Shown here piece after piece: positions 52,101 to 64,000 of a stretch of 64,000 nt of DNA (its first letter is position 1; each line of letters begins with the position of its first letter). The position numbers and the translations under genes were made by a program. Source of the DNA: Eledone cirrhosa (lineage: Eukaryota); NCBI GenBank assembly GCA_964016885.1, contig OZ024748.1, positions 38,130,001 through 38,194,000 of the forward strand, given 5' to 3'. Under the pieces are notes generated by a model. It worked only from the letters and a program-made list of their open reading frames with translations, had not been told where the DNA came from and searched no databases.

Positions 52101-55100
52101 TTGGATGATTGTTTGGTTGGTTGAAGATTGAATGGTTGGTTGGTAGGATGGTTGGTTGGTTGGTTGGTTGGTTGGTTGGTTGGTTGGTTGAAGATTGAAT
52201 GGTTGGTTGGTAGGATGATTGGTTGGTTGGTTGGTTGGTTGGTTGGTTGAAGATTGAATGGTTGGTTGGAAGGATGGTTGGCTGTTTGGTTGGTTGGTTG
52301 GTTTGTTGGTTGGTTGGTTGAAGATTGAATGGTTGGTTGGTAAGTTGGTTGGTTGGTTGGTTGGTTGAAGATTGAATGGTTGGTTGGTAGGTTGCTTGGT
52401 TGGTTGGTTGGTTGGTTGGTTGGTTGGTAGGTTGGTAGGATGGTTGGTTGGTTGGTTGGTTGGTTGGTTGGTTGGTTGAAGATTGAATGGTTGGTTGGTA
52501 GGATGGTTGGTTGGTTGGTTGGTTGGTTGGTTGAAGATTGAATGGTTTGTTGGTAGGATGGTTGTTTGGTTGGTTGGTTGGTTGAAGATTGAATGGTTGG
52601 TTGGTAGGTTGGTTGGTTGGTTGGTTGGTTGGTTGGTTGGTTGGTTGGTTGAAGATTGAATGGTTGGTTGGTAGGATGGTTGGTTGGTTGGTTGGTTGAA
52701 GATTGAATGGTTGGTTGGTAGGATGGTTGGATGGTTGGTTGGTTGGTTGGTTGAAGATTGAATGGTTGGTTGGTAGGATGGTTGGATGGTTGGTTGGTTG
52801 GTTGAAGATTGAATGGTTGGTAGGATGGTTTTTTGGTTGGTTGGTTGAAGATTGAATGGTTAGTTGGTGGGATGGTTGGATGTTTGGTTGGTAGGATGGG
52901 TGGATGGTTGGTTGGTTGGTTGGTTGAAGTATGAATGGTTGGTTGGTAAGTTGGTTGGTTGGTTGGTTGGATGGTTGGTTGAAGATTGAATGGTTGGTTG
53001 GTAGGATGCTTGGTTGGTTGGTTGGTTGAAGATTGAATGGTTGGTTGGTAGGATGGTTGGATGGTTGTTTGGTTGGTTGAAGATTGAATGTTTGGTTGGT
53101 AGGATGGTTGGTTGGTTGGTTGAAGATTGAATGTGTGGTTGGTAGGATGGTTGGATGGTTGGTTGGTTGGTTGAAGATTGAATGGTTGGTTGGTAGGATG
53201 GTTGGATGGTTGGTTGGTTGGTTGAAGATTGAATGTTTGGTTGGTAGGATGGTTGGATGGTTGGTTGGTTGGTTGAAGATTGAATGTTTGGTTGGTAGGA
53301 TGGTTGGATGGTTGGTTGGTTGGTTGGTTGGATGGTTCGTTGAAGATTGAATGGTTGGTTGGTAGGATGGTTGGATGGTTGGTTGGTTGGTTGGTTGAAG
53401 ATTGAATGTTTGGTTGGTAGGATGGTTGGATGGTTGGTTGGTTGGTTGGTTGGTTGGTTGGATGGTTGGTTGAAGATTGAATGGATGGTTGGTAGGATGG
53501 TTGGTTGGATGGTTGGTTGGTTGGAGATTGAATGTTTGGTTGGTAGGATGGTTGGATGGTTGGTTGGTTGGTTGGTTGGTTGGTTGGTTGGTTGGTTGGT
53601 TGGTTGGTTGGATGGTTGGTTGAAGATTGAATGGTTGGTAGGTTGGTTGAATGGTTGGTTGGTTGGTTGGTTCGTTGGTTGGTTGGTTGAAGATTGAATG
53701 GTTGGTTGGTAGGATGGTTGGTTGGTTGGTTGGTTGGTTGAAGATTGAATGTCTGGTTGGTAGGATGGTTGGATGGTTGGTTGGTTGGTTGGTGGTTGGA
53801 TGGTTGGTTGAAGATTGAATGTTTGGTTGGTAGGATGGTTGGATGGTTGGTTGGTTGGTTGAAGATTGAATGTTTGGTTGGTAGGATGGTTGGATGGTTG
53901 GTTGGTTGGTTGGTTGGTTGGTTGGATGGTTGGTTGAAGATTGAATGGTTGGTTGGTAGGATGGTTGAATGGTTGGTTGGTTGGTTGGTTGGTTGAAGAT
54001 TGAATGTTTGGTTGGTAGGATGGTTGGATGGTTGGTTGGTTGGTTGGTTGGTTGGATGGTTGGTTGAAGATTGAATGGTTGGTTGGTAGGATGGTTGAAT
54101 GGTTGGTTGGTTGAAGATTGAATGTTTGGTTGGTAGGATGGTTGGATGGCTGGATAGTTGGCTGGTTGGTTGGTTGAAGATTAAATGGTTGGTTCGTAGG
54201 ATGGTTGGATGGTTGGATGGTTGGCTGGTTGGTTGAAGATTGAATGTTTGCTTGGTAGCATGGTTGGTTGGTTGGTTGGTTGGTTGGTTGGTTGGTTGGT
54301 TGGTTGGTTGGATGGTTGGTTGAAGATTGAATGGTTGGTTGGTAGGATGGTTGAATGGTTGCTTGGTTGGTTGGTTGAAGATTGAATGGTTGGTCGGTAG
54401 GATGGTTGAATGGTTGGTTGGTTGAAGATTGAATGTTTGGTTGGTAGCATGGTTGGTTGGTTGGTTGGTTGGTTGGTTGGTTGGTTGGATGGTTGGTTGA
54501 AGATTGAATGGTTGGTTGGTAGGATGGTTGAATGGTTGCTTGGTTGGTTGGTTGAAGATTGAATGTTTGGTTGGTAGGATGGTTGGTTGGTTGGTTGATT
54601 GGTTGGTTGGTTGGGTGGTTGGTTGGTTGGTTGGTTGGTTGGTTGGTTGGTTGGTTGGTTGGTTGGTTGGATGGTTGGTTGAAGATTGAATGGTTGGTTG
54701 GTAGGATGGTTGAAAGGTTGGTTGGTTGGTTGGTTGAAGATAGAATGTTTGGTTGGTAGCTTGGTTGGTAGGATGGATGGATGACTGGATGGTTGGCTGG
54801 TTGGTTGGTTGAAGATTGAATGGTTGGTTGGTAGGATGGATGATTGGATGGTTGGTTGGTTGGTTGAAGATTGAATGGTTGGTTGGTAGGATGGATGGTT
54901 GGATGGTTGGTTGGTTGAAGATTGAATGGTTAGTTGGTAGGATGGTTAGTTGGTTGGTTTGTTTAAGATTGAATGGTTAGTTGGTAGGATGGTTAGTTGG
55001 TTGGTTGGTTGAAGATTGAATGGTTGGTTGGTAGGATGGATGGTTGGATGGTTGGTTGGTTGAAGATTGAATGGTTGGTTGGTAGGATGGATGGTTGGAT

Positions 55101-58100
55101 GGTTGGTTGGTTGAAGATTGAATGGTTGGTTGGTAGGATGGTTTGATGGTTGGTTGGTTGGTTGAAGATTGAATGGTTGGTTGGTAGGATGGTTGGATGG
55201 TTGGTTGGTTGGTTGAAGATTGAATGGTTAGTTGGTAGGATGGTTAGTTGGTTGGTTGGTTGAAGATTGAATGGTTGGTTGGTAGGATGGATGGTTGGAT
55301 GGTTGGTTGGTTGAAGATTGAATGGTTGGTTGGTAGGATGGATGGTTGGATGGTTGGTTGTTGGTTGGTTGGTTGGTTGGTTGGTTGGTTGGTTGGTTGG
55401 TTGGTTGGTTGGATGGTTGGTTGAAGATTGAATGGTTGGTAGGATGGTTGAATGGTTGGTTGGTTGGTTGGTTCGTTGGTTGGTTGGTTGAAGATTGAAT
55501 GGTTGGTTGGTAGGATGGTTGGTTGGTTGGTTGGTTGGTGGAAGATTGAATGTCTGGTTGGTAGGATGGTAGGATGGTTGGTTGGTTGGTTGGTTGGTTG
55601 GATGGTTGGTTGAAGATTGAATGTTTGGTTGGTAGGATGGTTGGATGGTTGGTTGGTTGGTTGGTTGGTTGGATGGTTGGTTGAAGATTGAATGGTTGGT
55701 TGGTAGGATGGTTGAATGGTTGGTTGGTTGGTTGGTTGAAGATTGAATGTTTGGTTGGTAGGATGGTTGGATGGTTGGTTGGTTGGTTGGTTGGTTGGAT
55801 GGTTGGTTGAAGATTGAATGGTTTGTTGGTAGGATGGTTGAATGGTTGGTTGGTTGAAGATTGAATGTTTGGTTGGTAGGATGGTTGGATGGCTGGATAG
55901 TTGGCTGGTTGGTTGGTTGAAAATTAAATGGTTGGTTCGTAGGATGGTTGGATGGTTGGATGGTTGGCTGGTTGGTTGAAGATTTCATGTTTGGTTGGTA
56001 GCATGGTTGGTTGGTTGGTTGGTTGGTTGGTTGGTTGGTTGGATGGTTGGTTGAAGATTGAATGGTTGGTTGGTAGGATGGTTGAATGGTTGCTTGGTTG
56101 GTTGGTTGAAGATTGAATGGCTGGTCGGTAGGATGGTTGAATGGTTGGTTGGTTGGTTGAAGATTGAATGTTTGGTTGGTAGCATGGTTGGTTGGTTGGT
56201 TGGTTGGTTGGATGGTTGGTTGAAGATTGAATGGTTGGTTGGTAGGATGGTTGAATGGTTGCTTGGTTGGTTGGTTGAAGATTGAATGTTTGGTTGGTAG
56301 GATGGTTGGTTGGTTGGTTGGTTGGGTGGTTGGTTGGTTTGTTGGTTGGTTGGTTGGATGGTTGGTTGAAGATTGAATGGTTGGTTGGTAGGATGGTTGA
56401 AAGGTTGGTTGGTTGGTTGGTTGAAGATAGAATGTTTGGTTGGTAGCTTGGTTGGTAGGATGGATGGATGACTGGATGGTTGGCTGGTTGGTTGGTTGAA
56501 GATTGAATGGTTGGTTGGTAGGATGGATGTTTGGATGGTTGGTTGGTTGAAGATTGAATGGTTAGTTGGTAGGATGGTTAGTTGGTTGGTTTGTTTAAGA
56601 TTGAATGGTTAGTTGGTAGGATGGTTGGGTGGTTGGTTGGTTGGTTGGTTGGTTGAAGATTGAATGGTTGGTTGGTAGGATGGATGGTTGGATGGTTGGT
56701 TGGTTGAAGATTGAATGGTTGGTTGGTAGGATGGATGGTTGGATGGTTGGTTGGTTGGTTGAAGATTGAATGGTTGGTTGGTAGGATGGTTTGATGGTTG
56801 GTTGGTTGGTTGAAGATTGAATGGTTGGTTGGTAGGATGGTTGGATGGTTGGTTGGTTGGTTGAAGATTGAATGGTTAGTTGGTAGGATGGTTAGTTGGT
56901 TGGTTGGTTGAAGATTGAATGGTTGGTTGGTAGGATGGATGGTTGGATGGTCGGTTGGTTGAAGATTGAATGGTTGGTTGGTAGGATGGATGGTTGGATG
57001 GTTGGTTGGTTGGTTGAAGATTGAATGGTTGGTTGGTAGGATGGTTGGATGGTTGGTTGGTTGGTTGAAGATTGAATGGTTGGTTGGTAGGATGGGTGGA
57101 TGGTTGGTTGGTTGGTTGAAGATTGAATGGTTGGTTGGTAGGATGGATGGTTGGATGGTTGGTTGGTTGGTTGAAGATTGAATGGTTGGTTGGTAGGATG
57201 GTTGGATGGTTGGTTGGTTGAAGATTGAATGGTTGGTTGGTAGGATGGTTGGATGGTTGGTTGGTTGGTTGATGATTGAATGTTTGGTTGGTAGGATGGT
57301 TGGATGGTTGGTTGATTGGTTGAAGATTGAATGTTTGGTTGGTAGGATGGTTGGATCGTTGGTTGGTTGAAGATTGAATGGTTAGTTGGTAGGATGGTTG
57401 GATGGTTGGTTGGTTGGTTGAAGATTGAATGTTTCGTTGGTAGGATGGTTGGATGGTTGGTTGGTTGGTTGAAGATTGAATGTTTGGTTGGTAGGATGGT
57501 TGGATGGTTGGTTGGTTGTTGGTTGAAGATTGAATGGTTGGTTGGTAGGATGGTTGGATGGTTGATGGTTGAATCGTTAGTTGGTCGGATGGTTAGTTGT
57601 TTGGTTGGTTGAAGATTGAATGGTTAGTTGGTAGGATGGTAGGATGGTTGGTTGGTTGGTTGAAGATTGAATGGTTGGTTGGTAGGATGGTTCGATGGTT
57701 GTTTGGTTGGTTGGTTGGTTGAAGATTGAATGGTTGGTTGGTAGGATGGTTAGTTGGTTGGTTGGTTGAAGATTGAATGGTTGGTTGGTAGGATGGTTGG
57801 TTGGTTGGTTGGTTGGTTGAAGATTGAATGGTTGGTTGGTAGGATGGTTGCTTGGTTGGTTGGTTGTTGGTTGAAGATTGAATGGTTGGTTGGTAGGATG
57901 GTTGGTTGGTTGGTTGGTTGGTTGAAGATTGAATGGTTGGTTGGTAGGATGGTTGGTTGGTTGGTTGGTTGGTTGGTTGGTTGGTTGGTTGAAGATTGAA
58001 TGGTTGGTTGGTAGGATGGTTGGATGGTTGTTTGGTTGGTTGGTTGGTTGAAGATTGAATGGTTGGTTGGTAGGATGGTTGGTTGGTTGGTTGGTTGGTT

Positions 58101-61100
58101 GAAGATTGAATGGTTGGTTGGTAGGATGGTTGGATGGTTGTTTGGTTGGTTGGTTGGTTGAAGATTGAATGGTTGGTTGGTAGGATGGTTGGTTGGTTGG
58201 TTGGTTGGTTGGTTGAAGATTGAATGTTTGGTTGGTAGGATGGTTGGTTGGTTGGTTGGTTGGTTGGTTGGTTGAAGATTGAATGGTTGGTTGGTAGGAT
58301 GGTTGGTTGGATGGTTGGTTGGTTGGTTGGTTGAAGATTGAATGGTTGGTTGGTAGGATGGTTGGCTGGTTGGTTGGTTGGTTGGTTGGTTGGTTGGTTG
58401 GTTGAAGATTGAATGGTTGGTTGGTAAGTTGGTTGGTTGGTTGGTTGGTTGGTTGGTTGAAGATTGAATGGTTGGTTGGTAGGATGGTTGGCTGGTTGGT
58501 TGGTTGGTTGGTTGGTTGGTTGAAGATTGAATGTTTGGTTGGTAGGATGGTTGGTTGGTTGGTTGGTTGGTTGGTTGGTTGGTTGGTTGAAGATTGAATG
58601 GTTGGTTGGTAGGATGGTTGGTTGGATGGTTGGTTGGTTGGTTGGTTGAAGATTGAATGGTTGGTTGGTAGGATGGTTGGCTGGTTGGTTGGTTGGTTGG
58701 TTGGTTGGTTGGTTGGTTGGTTGGTTGGTTGAAGATTGAATGGTTGGTTGGTAAGTTGGTTGGTTGGTTGGTTGGTTGGTTGAAGATTGAATGGTTGGTT
58801 GGTAGGATGGTTGGCTGGTTGGTTGGTTGGTTGGTTGGTTGGTTGGTTGGTTGAAGTATGAATGGTTGGTTGGTAAGTTGGTTGGTTGGTTGGTTGGATG
58901 GTTGGTTGAAGATTGAATGGTTGGTTGGTAGTATGCTTGGTTGGTTGGTTGGTTGAAGATTGAATGGTTGGTTGGTAGGATGGTTGGATGGTTGTTTGGT
59001 TGGTTGGTTGGTTGGTTGAAGATTGAATGGTTGGTTGGTAGGATGGTTGGTTGGTTGGTTGGTTGGTTGAAGATTGAATGTTTGGTTGGTAGGATGGTTG
59101 GTTGGTTGGTTGGTTGGTTGGTTGGTTGGTTGGTTGAAGATTGAATGGTTGGTTGGTAGGATGGTTGGTTGGATGGTTGGTTGGTTGGTTGAAGATTGAA
59201 TGGTTGGTTGGTAGGATGGTTGGCTGGTTGGTTGGTTGGTTGGTTGGTTGGTTGGTTGGTTGGTTGGTTGGTTGAAGATTGAATGGTTGGTTGGTAAGTT
59301 GGTTGGTTGGTTGGTTGGTTGAAGATTGAATGGTTGGTTGGTAGAATGGTTGGCTGGTTGGTTGGTTGGTTGGTTGGTTGAAGATTGAATGGTTGGTTGG
59401 TAAGTTGGTTGGTTGGTTGGTTGAATGGTTGGTTGAAGATTGAATGGTTGGTTGGTAGGATGCTTGGTTGGTTGGTTGGTTGAAGATTGAATGGTTGGTT
59501 GGTAGGATGGTTGGATGGTTGTTTGGTTGGTTGAAGATTGAATGTTTGGTTGGTAGGATGGTTGGTTGGTTGGTTGGCTGGTTGGTTGAAGATTGAATGG
59601 TTGGTTGGTAGGATGGTTGGTTGGTTGGTTGGTTGGTTGGTTGAAGATTGAATTGTTGGTTGGTACGATGGTTGGTTGGTTGGTTGGTTGGTTGGTTGGT
59701 TGGTTGGTTGGTTGAAGATTGAATGGTTGGTTGGTAATTTGGTTGGTTGGTTGGTTGGTTGGTTGAAGATTGAATGGTTGGTTGGTAGGATGGTTGGTGG
59801 TTGGTTGGTTGAAGATTGAATGGCTGGTTGGTAGGATGCTTGGTTGTTTGGCTGGTTGGTTGAAGATTGAATGGTTGGTTGGTAGGATGGTTGGTTGGTT
59901 GGTTGGTTGGTTGGTTGAAGATTGAATGGTTGGTTGGTAGGATGGTTGGTTGGTTGGTTTGTTGGTTGAAGATTGAATGGTTGGTTGGTTGGTAGGATGG
60001 TTGGTTGGCTGGTTGGTTGGTTGAAGATTGAATGGTTGGTTGGTAGGATGGTTGGTTGGTTGGTTGGTTGGTTGGTTGAAGATTGATTTGTTGGTTGGTA
60101 CGATGGTTGGTTGGTTGGTTAGTTGGTTGGTTGGTTGGTTGAAGATTGAATGGTTGGTTGGTAAGTTGGTTGGTTGGTTGGTTGGTTGGTTGAAGATTGA
60201 ATGGTTGGTTGGTAGGATGGTTGGTTCGTTGGTTGGTTGAAGATTGAATGGTTGGTTGGTAGGATGCTTGGTTGGTTGGTTGGTTGGTTGAAGATTGAAT
60301 GGTTGGTTGGTAGGATGGTAGGTTGGTTGGTTGGTTGGTTGAAGATTGAATGGTTGGTTGGTAGGATGGTTGGTTGGTTGGTTGGTTGGTTGAAGATTGA
60401 ATGGTTGGTTGGTAGGATGGTTGGTTGGTTGGTTGGTTGATGAAGATTGAATGGTTGGTTGGTAGGATGGTTGGTTAGTTGGTTGGTTGGTTGGTTGGTT
60501 GGTTGAAGATTGAATGGTTGGTTGGTAGGATGGTTGGTTGGTTGCTTGGTTGGTTGAAGATTGAATGGTTGGTTGGTAGGATGGTTGGATGATTGTTTGG
60601 TTGGTTGAAGATTGAATGGTTGGTTGGTAGGATGGTTGGTTGGTTGGTTGGTTGGTTGGTTGGTTGGTTGGTTGAAGATTGAATGGTTGGTTGGTAGGAT
60701 GATTGGTTGGTTGGTTGGTTGGTTGGTTGGTTGAAGATTGAATGGTTGGTTGGAAGGATGGTTGGCTGTTTGGTTGGTTGGTTGGTTTGTTGGTTGGTTG
60801 GTTGAAGATTGAATGGTTGGTTGGTAAGTTGGTTGGTTGGTTGGTTGGTTGAAGATTGAATGGTTGGTTGGTAGGTTGCTTGGTTGGTTGGTTGGTTGGT
60901 TGGTTGGTTGGTAGGTTGGTAGGATGGTTGGTTGGTTGGTTGGTTGGTTGGTTGGTTGGTTGAAGATTGAATGGTTGGTTGGTAGGATGGTTGGTTGGTT
61001 GGTTGGTTGGTTGGTTGAAGATTGAATGGTTTGTTGGTAGGATGGTTGTTTGGTTGGTTGGTTGGTTGAAGATTGAATGGTTGGTTGGTAGGTTGGTTGG

Positions 61101-64000
61101 TTGGTTGGTTGGTTGGTTGGTTGGTTGGTTGGTTGAAGATTGAATGGTTGGTTGGTAGGATGGTTGGTTGGTTGGTTGGTTGAAGATTGAATGGTTGGTT
61201 GGTAGGATGGTTGGATGGTTGGTTGGTTGGTTGGTTGAAGATTGAATGGTTGGTTGGTAGGATGGTTGGATGGTTGGTTGGTTGGTTGAAGATTGAATGG
61301 TTGGTAGGATGGTTTTTTGGTTGGTTGGTTGAAGATTGAATGGTTAGTTGGTGGGATGGTTGGATGTTTGGTTGGTAGGATGGGTGGATGGTTGGTTGGT
61401 TGGTTGGTTGAAGTATGAATGGTTGGTTGGTAAGTTGGTTGGTTGGTTGGTTGGATGGTTGGTTGAAGATTGAATGGTTGGTTGGTAGGATGCTTGGTTG
61501 GTTGGTTGGTTGAAGATTGAATGGTTGGTTGGTAGGATGGTTGGATGGTTGTTTGGTTGGTTGAAGATTGAATGTTTGGTTGGTAGGATGGTTGGTTGGT
61601 TGGTTGGCTGGTTGGTTGAAGATTGAATGGTTGGTTGGTAAGTTGGTTGGTTGGTTGGTTGAATGGTTGGTTGAAGATTGAATGGTTGGTTGGTAGGATG
61701 CTTGGTTGGTTGGTTGGTTGAAGATTGAATGGTTGGTTGGTAGGATGGTTGGATGGTTGTTTGGTTGGTTGAAGATTGAATGTTTGGTTGGTAGGATGGT
61801 TGGTTGGTTGGTTGGCTGGTTGGTTGAAGATTGAATGGTTGGTTGGTAGGATGGTTGGTTGGTTGGTTGGTTGGTTGGTTGAAGATTGAATTGTTGGTTG
61901 GTACGATGGTTGGTTGGTTGGTTGGTTGGTTGGTTGGTTGGTTGGTTGGTTGAAGATTGAATGGTTGGTTGGTAATTTGGTTGGTTGGTTGGTTGGTTGG
62001 TTGAAGATTGAATGGTTGGTTGGTAGGATGGTTGGTGGTTGGTTGGTTGAAGATTGAATGGTTGGTTGGTAGGATGCTTGGTTGTTTGGCTGGTTGGTTG
62101 AAGATTGAATGGTTGGTTGGTAGGATGGTTGGTTGGTTGGTTGGTTGGTTGGTTGAAGATTGAATGGTTGGTTGGTAGGATGGTTGGTTGGTTGGTTTGT
62201 TGGTTGAAGATTGAATGGTTGGTTGGTTGGTAGGATGGTTGGTTGGCTGGTTGGTTGGTTGAAGATTGAATGGTTGGTTGGTAGGATGGTTGGTTGGTTG
62301 GTTGGTTGGTTGGTTGAAGATTGATTTGTTGGTTGGTACGATGGTTGGTTGGTTGGTTAGTTGGTTGGTTGGTTGGTTGAAGATTGAATGGTTGGTTGGT
62401 AAGTTGGTTGGTTGGTTGGTTGGTTGGTTGAAGATTGAATGGTTGGTTGGTAGGATGGTTGGTTCGTTGGTTGGTTGAAGATTGAATGGTTGGTTGGTAG
62501 GATGCTTGGTTGGTTGGTTGGTTGAAGATTGAATGGTTGGTTGGTAGGATGGTTGGTTGGTTGGTTGGTTGGTTGAAGATTGAATGGTTGGTTGGTAGGA
62601 TGGTTGGTTGGTTGGTTGGTTGAAGATTGAATGGTTGGTTGGTAGGATGGTTGGTTGGTTGGTTGGTTGATGAAGATTGAATGGTTGGTTGGTAGGATGG
62701 TTGGTTAGTTGGTTGGTTGGTTGGTTGGTTGGTTGAAGATTGAATGGTTGGTTGGTTGCTTGGTTGGTTGAAGATTGAATGGTTGGTTGGTAGGATGGTT
62801 GCATGATTGTTTGGTTGGTTGAAGATTGAATGGTTGGTTGGTAGGATGGTTGGTTGGTTGGTTGGTTGGTTGGTTGGTTGGTTGGTTGAAGATTGAATGG
62901 TTGGTTGGTAGGATGATTGGTTGGTTGGTTGGTTGGTTGGTTGGTTGAAGATTGAATGGTTGGTTGGAAGGATGGTTGGCTGTTTGGTTGGTTGGTTGGT
63001 TTGTTGGTTGGTTGGTTGAAGATTGAATGGTTGGTTGGTAAGTTGGTTGGTTGGTTGGTTGGTTGGTTGGTTGGTTGGTTGAAGATTGAATGGTTGGTTG
63101 GTAGGTTGCTTGGTTGGTTGGTTGGTTGGTTGGTTGGTTGGTAGGTTGGTAGGATGGTTGGTTGGTTGGTTGGTTGGTTGGTTGGTTGGTTGAAGATTGA
63201 ATGGTTGGTTGGTAGGATGGTTGGTTGGTTGGTTGGTTGGTTGGTTGAAGATTGAATGGTTTGTTGGTAGGATGGTTGTTTGGTTGGTTGGTTGGTTGAA
63301 GATTGAATGGTTGGTTGGTAGGTTGGTTGGTTGGTTGGTTGGTTGGTTGGTTGGTTGGTTGGTTGGTTGAAGATTGAATGGTTGGTTGGTAGGATGGTTG
63401 GTTGGTTGGTTGGTTGGTTGAAGATTGAATGGTTGGTTGATAGGATGGTTGGTTGGTTGTTTGGTTGGTTGAAGATTGAATGGTTGGTTGGTAGGATGGT
63501 TGGTTGGTTGGTTGGTTGAGCTTGAATGTTTGGTTGGTAGGATGGTTGGATGGTTGGTTGGTTGAAGATTGAATGGTTGGTTGGTAGGATGGTTGGATGG
63601 TTGGTTGGTTGGTTGAAGATTGAATGTTTGGTTGGTAGGATGGTTGGATGGTTGGTTGGTTGGTTGAAGATTGAATGTTTGGTTGGTAGGATGGTTGGAT
63701 GATTGGTTGGTTGGTTGGTTGGTTGGTTGAAGATTGAATGGTTGGTTGGTAGGATGGTTGGATGGTTGGTTGGTTGGTTGGTTGAAGATTGAATGGTTGG
63801 TTGGTAGGATGGTTGGATGGTTGGTTGGTTGGTTGAAGATTGAATGGTTGGTAGGATGGTTTTTTGGTTGGTTGGTTGAAGATTGAATGGTTAGTTGGTG
63901 GGATGGTTGGATGTTTGGTTGGTAGGATGGGTGGATGGTTGGTTGGTTGGTTGAAGATTGAATGGTATGTTGGTAGCATGGTTGGATGATTGGTTGGTTG
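40164..64000. repeat. GGTT-based satellite array 2 (>=23.8 kb, runs off the window)
   Basis: Same monomer and orientation as array 1; starts abruptly with fully formed monomers. Confidence 0.98.
44622..61605. repeat. 8484-bp tandem duplication within satellite array 2
   Basis: Identical spurious ORFs recur at a constant +8484 offset (44863/53347, 46509/54993, 48883/57367, 50457/58941, 51753/60237). The rare variant GAATGTGTGG shows the same offset. Confidence 0.93.

Overview
Eukaryotic, non-genic, extremely simple-repeat-rich DNA. The style suggests an SSR-rich invertebrate such as an octopod or penaeid, but this is inference only. About 56 kb is one G-rich, (GGTT)n-derived satellite with monomer GAAGATTGAAT-GGTT-GGTT-GGTA-GGAT-(GGTT)n (27+4n bp). 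It forms two arrays (~5.13-37.5 kb and ~40.16 kb to the window end) with nested kb-scale duplications (453, 1263, 1744, 1887, 2238, ~2975, ~4970 and an apparently indel-free 8484 bp). No real protein-coding gene is supported: the listed ORFs are read-throughs of repeats. The most interesting signal is in the two microsatellite-flanked islands (3.4-5.1 kb and 37.5-39.4 kb). They hold six complete or near-complete minimal type I hammerhead ribozyme folds plus one truncated one, most with palindromic stem III. One family has a compensatory U3-A8 core. The folds sit in short Penelope-pLTR/retrozyme-like elements, three of which show an inverted-5'-part plus forward-3'-part architecture. Two 3' ends of an RTE-like LINE (dead C2H2 finger, covarying 3' stem-loop, (ATGT)n tail) lie at 1.7-2.5 kb. 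All folds were derived by hand and none has been tested.
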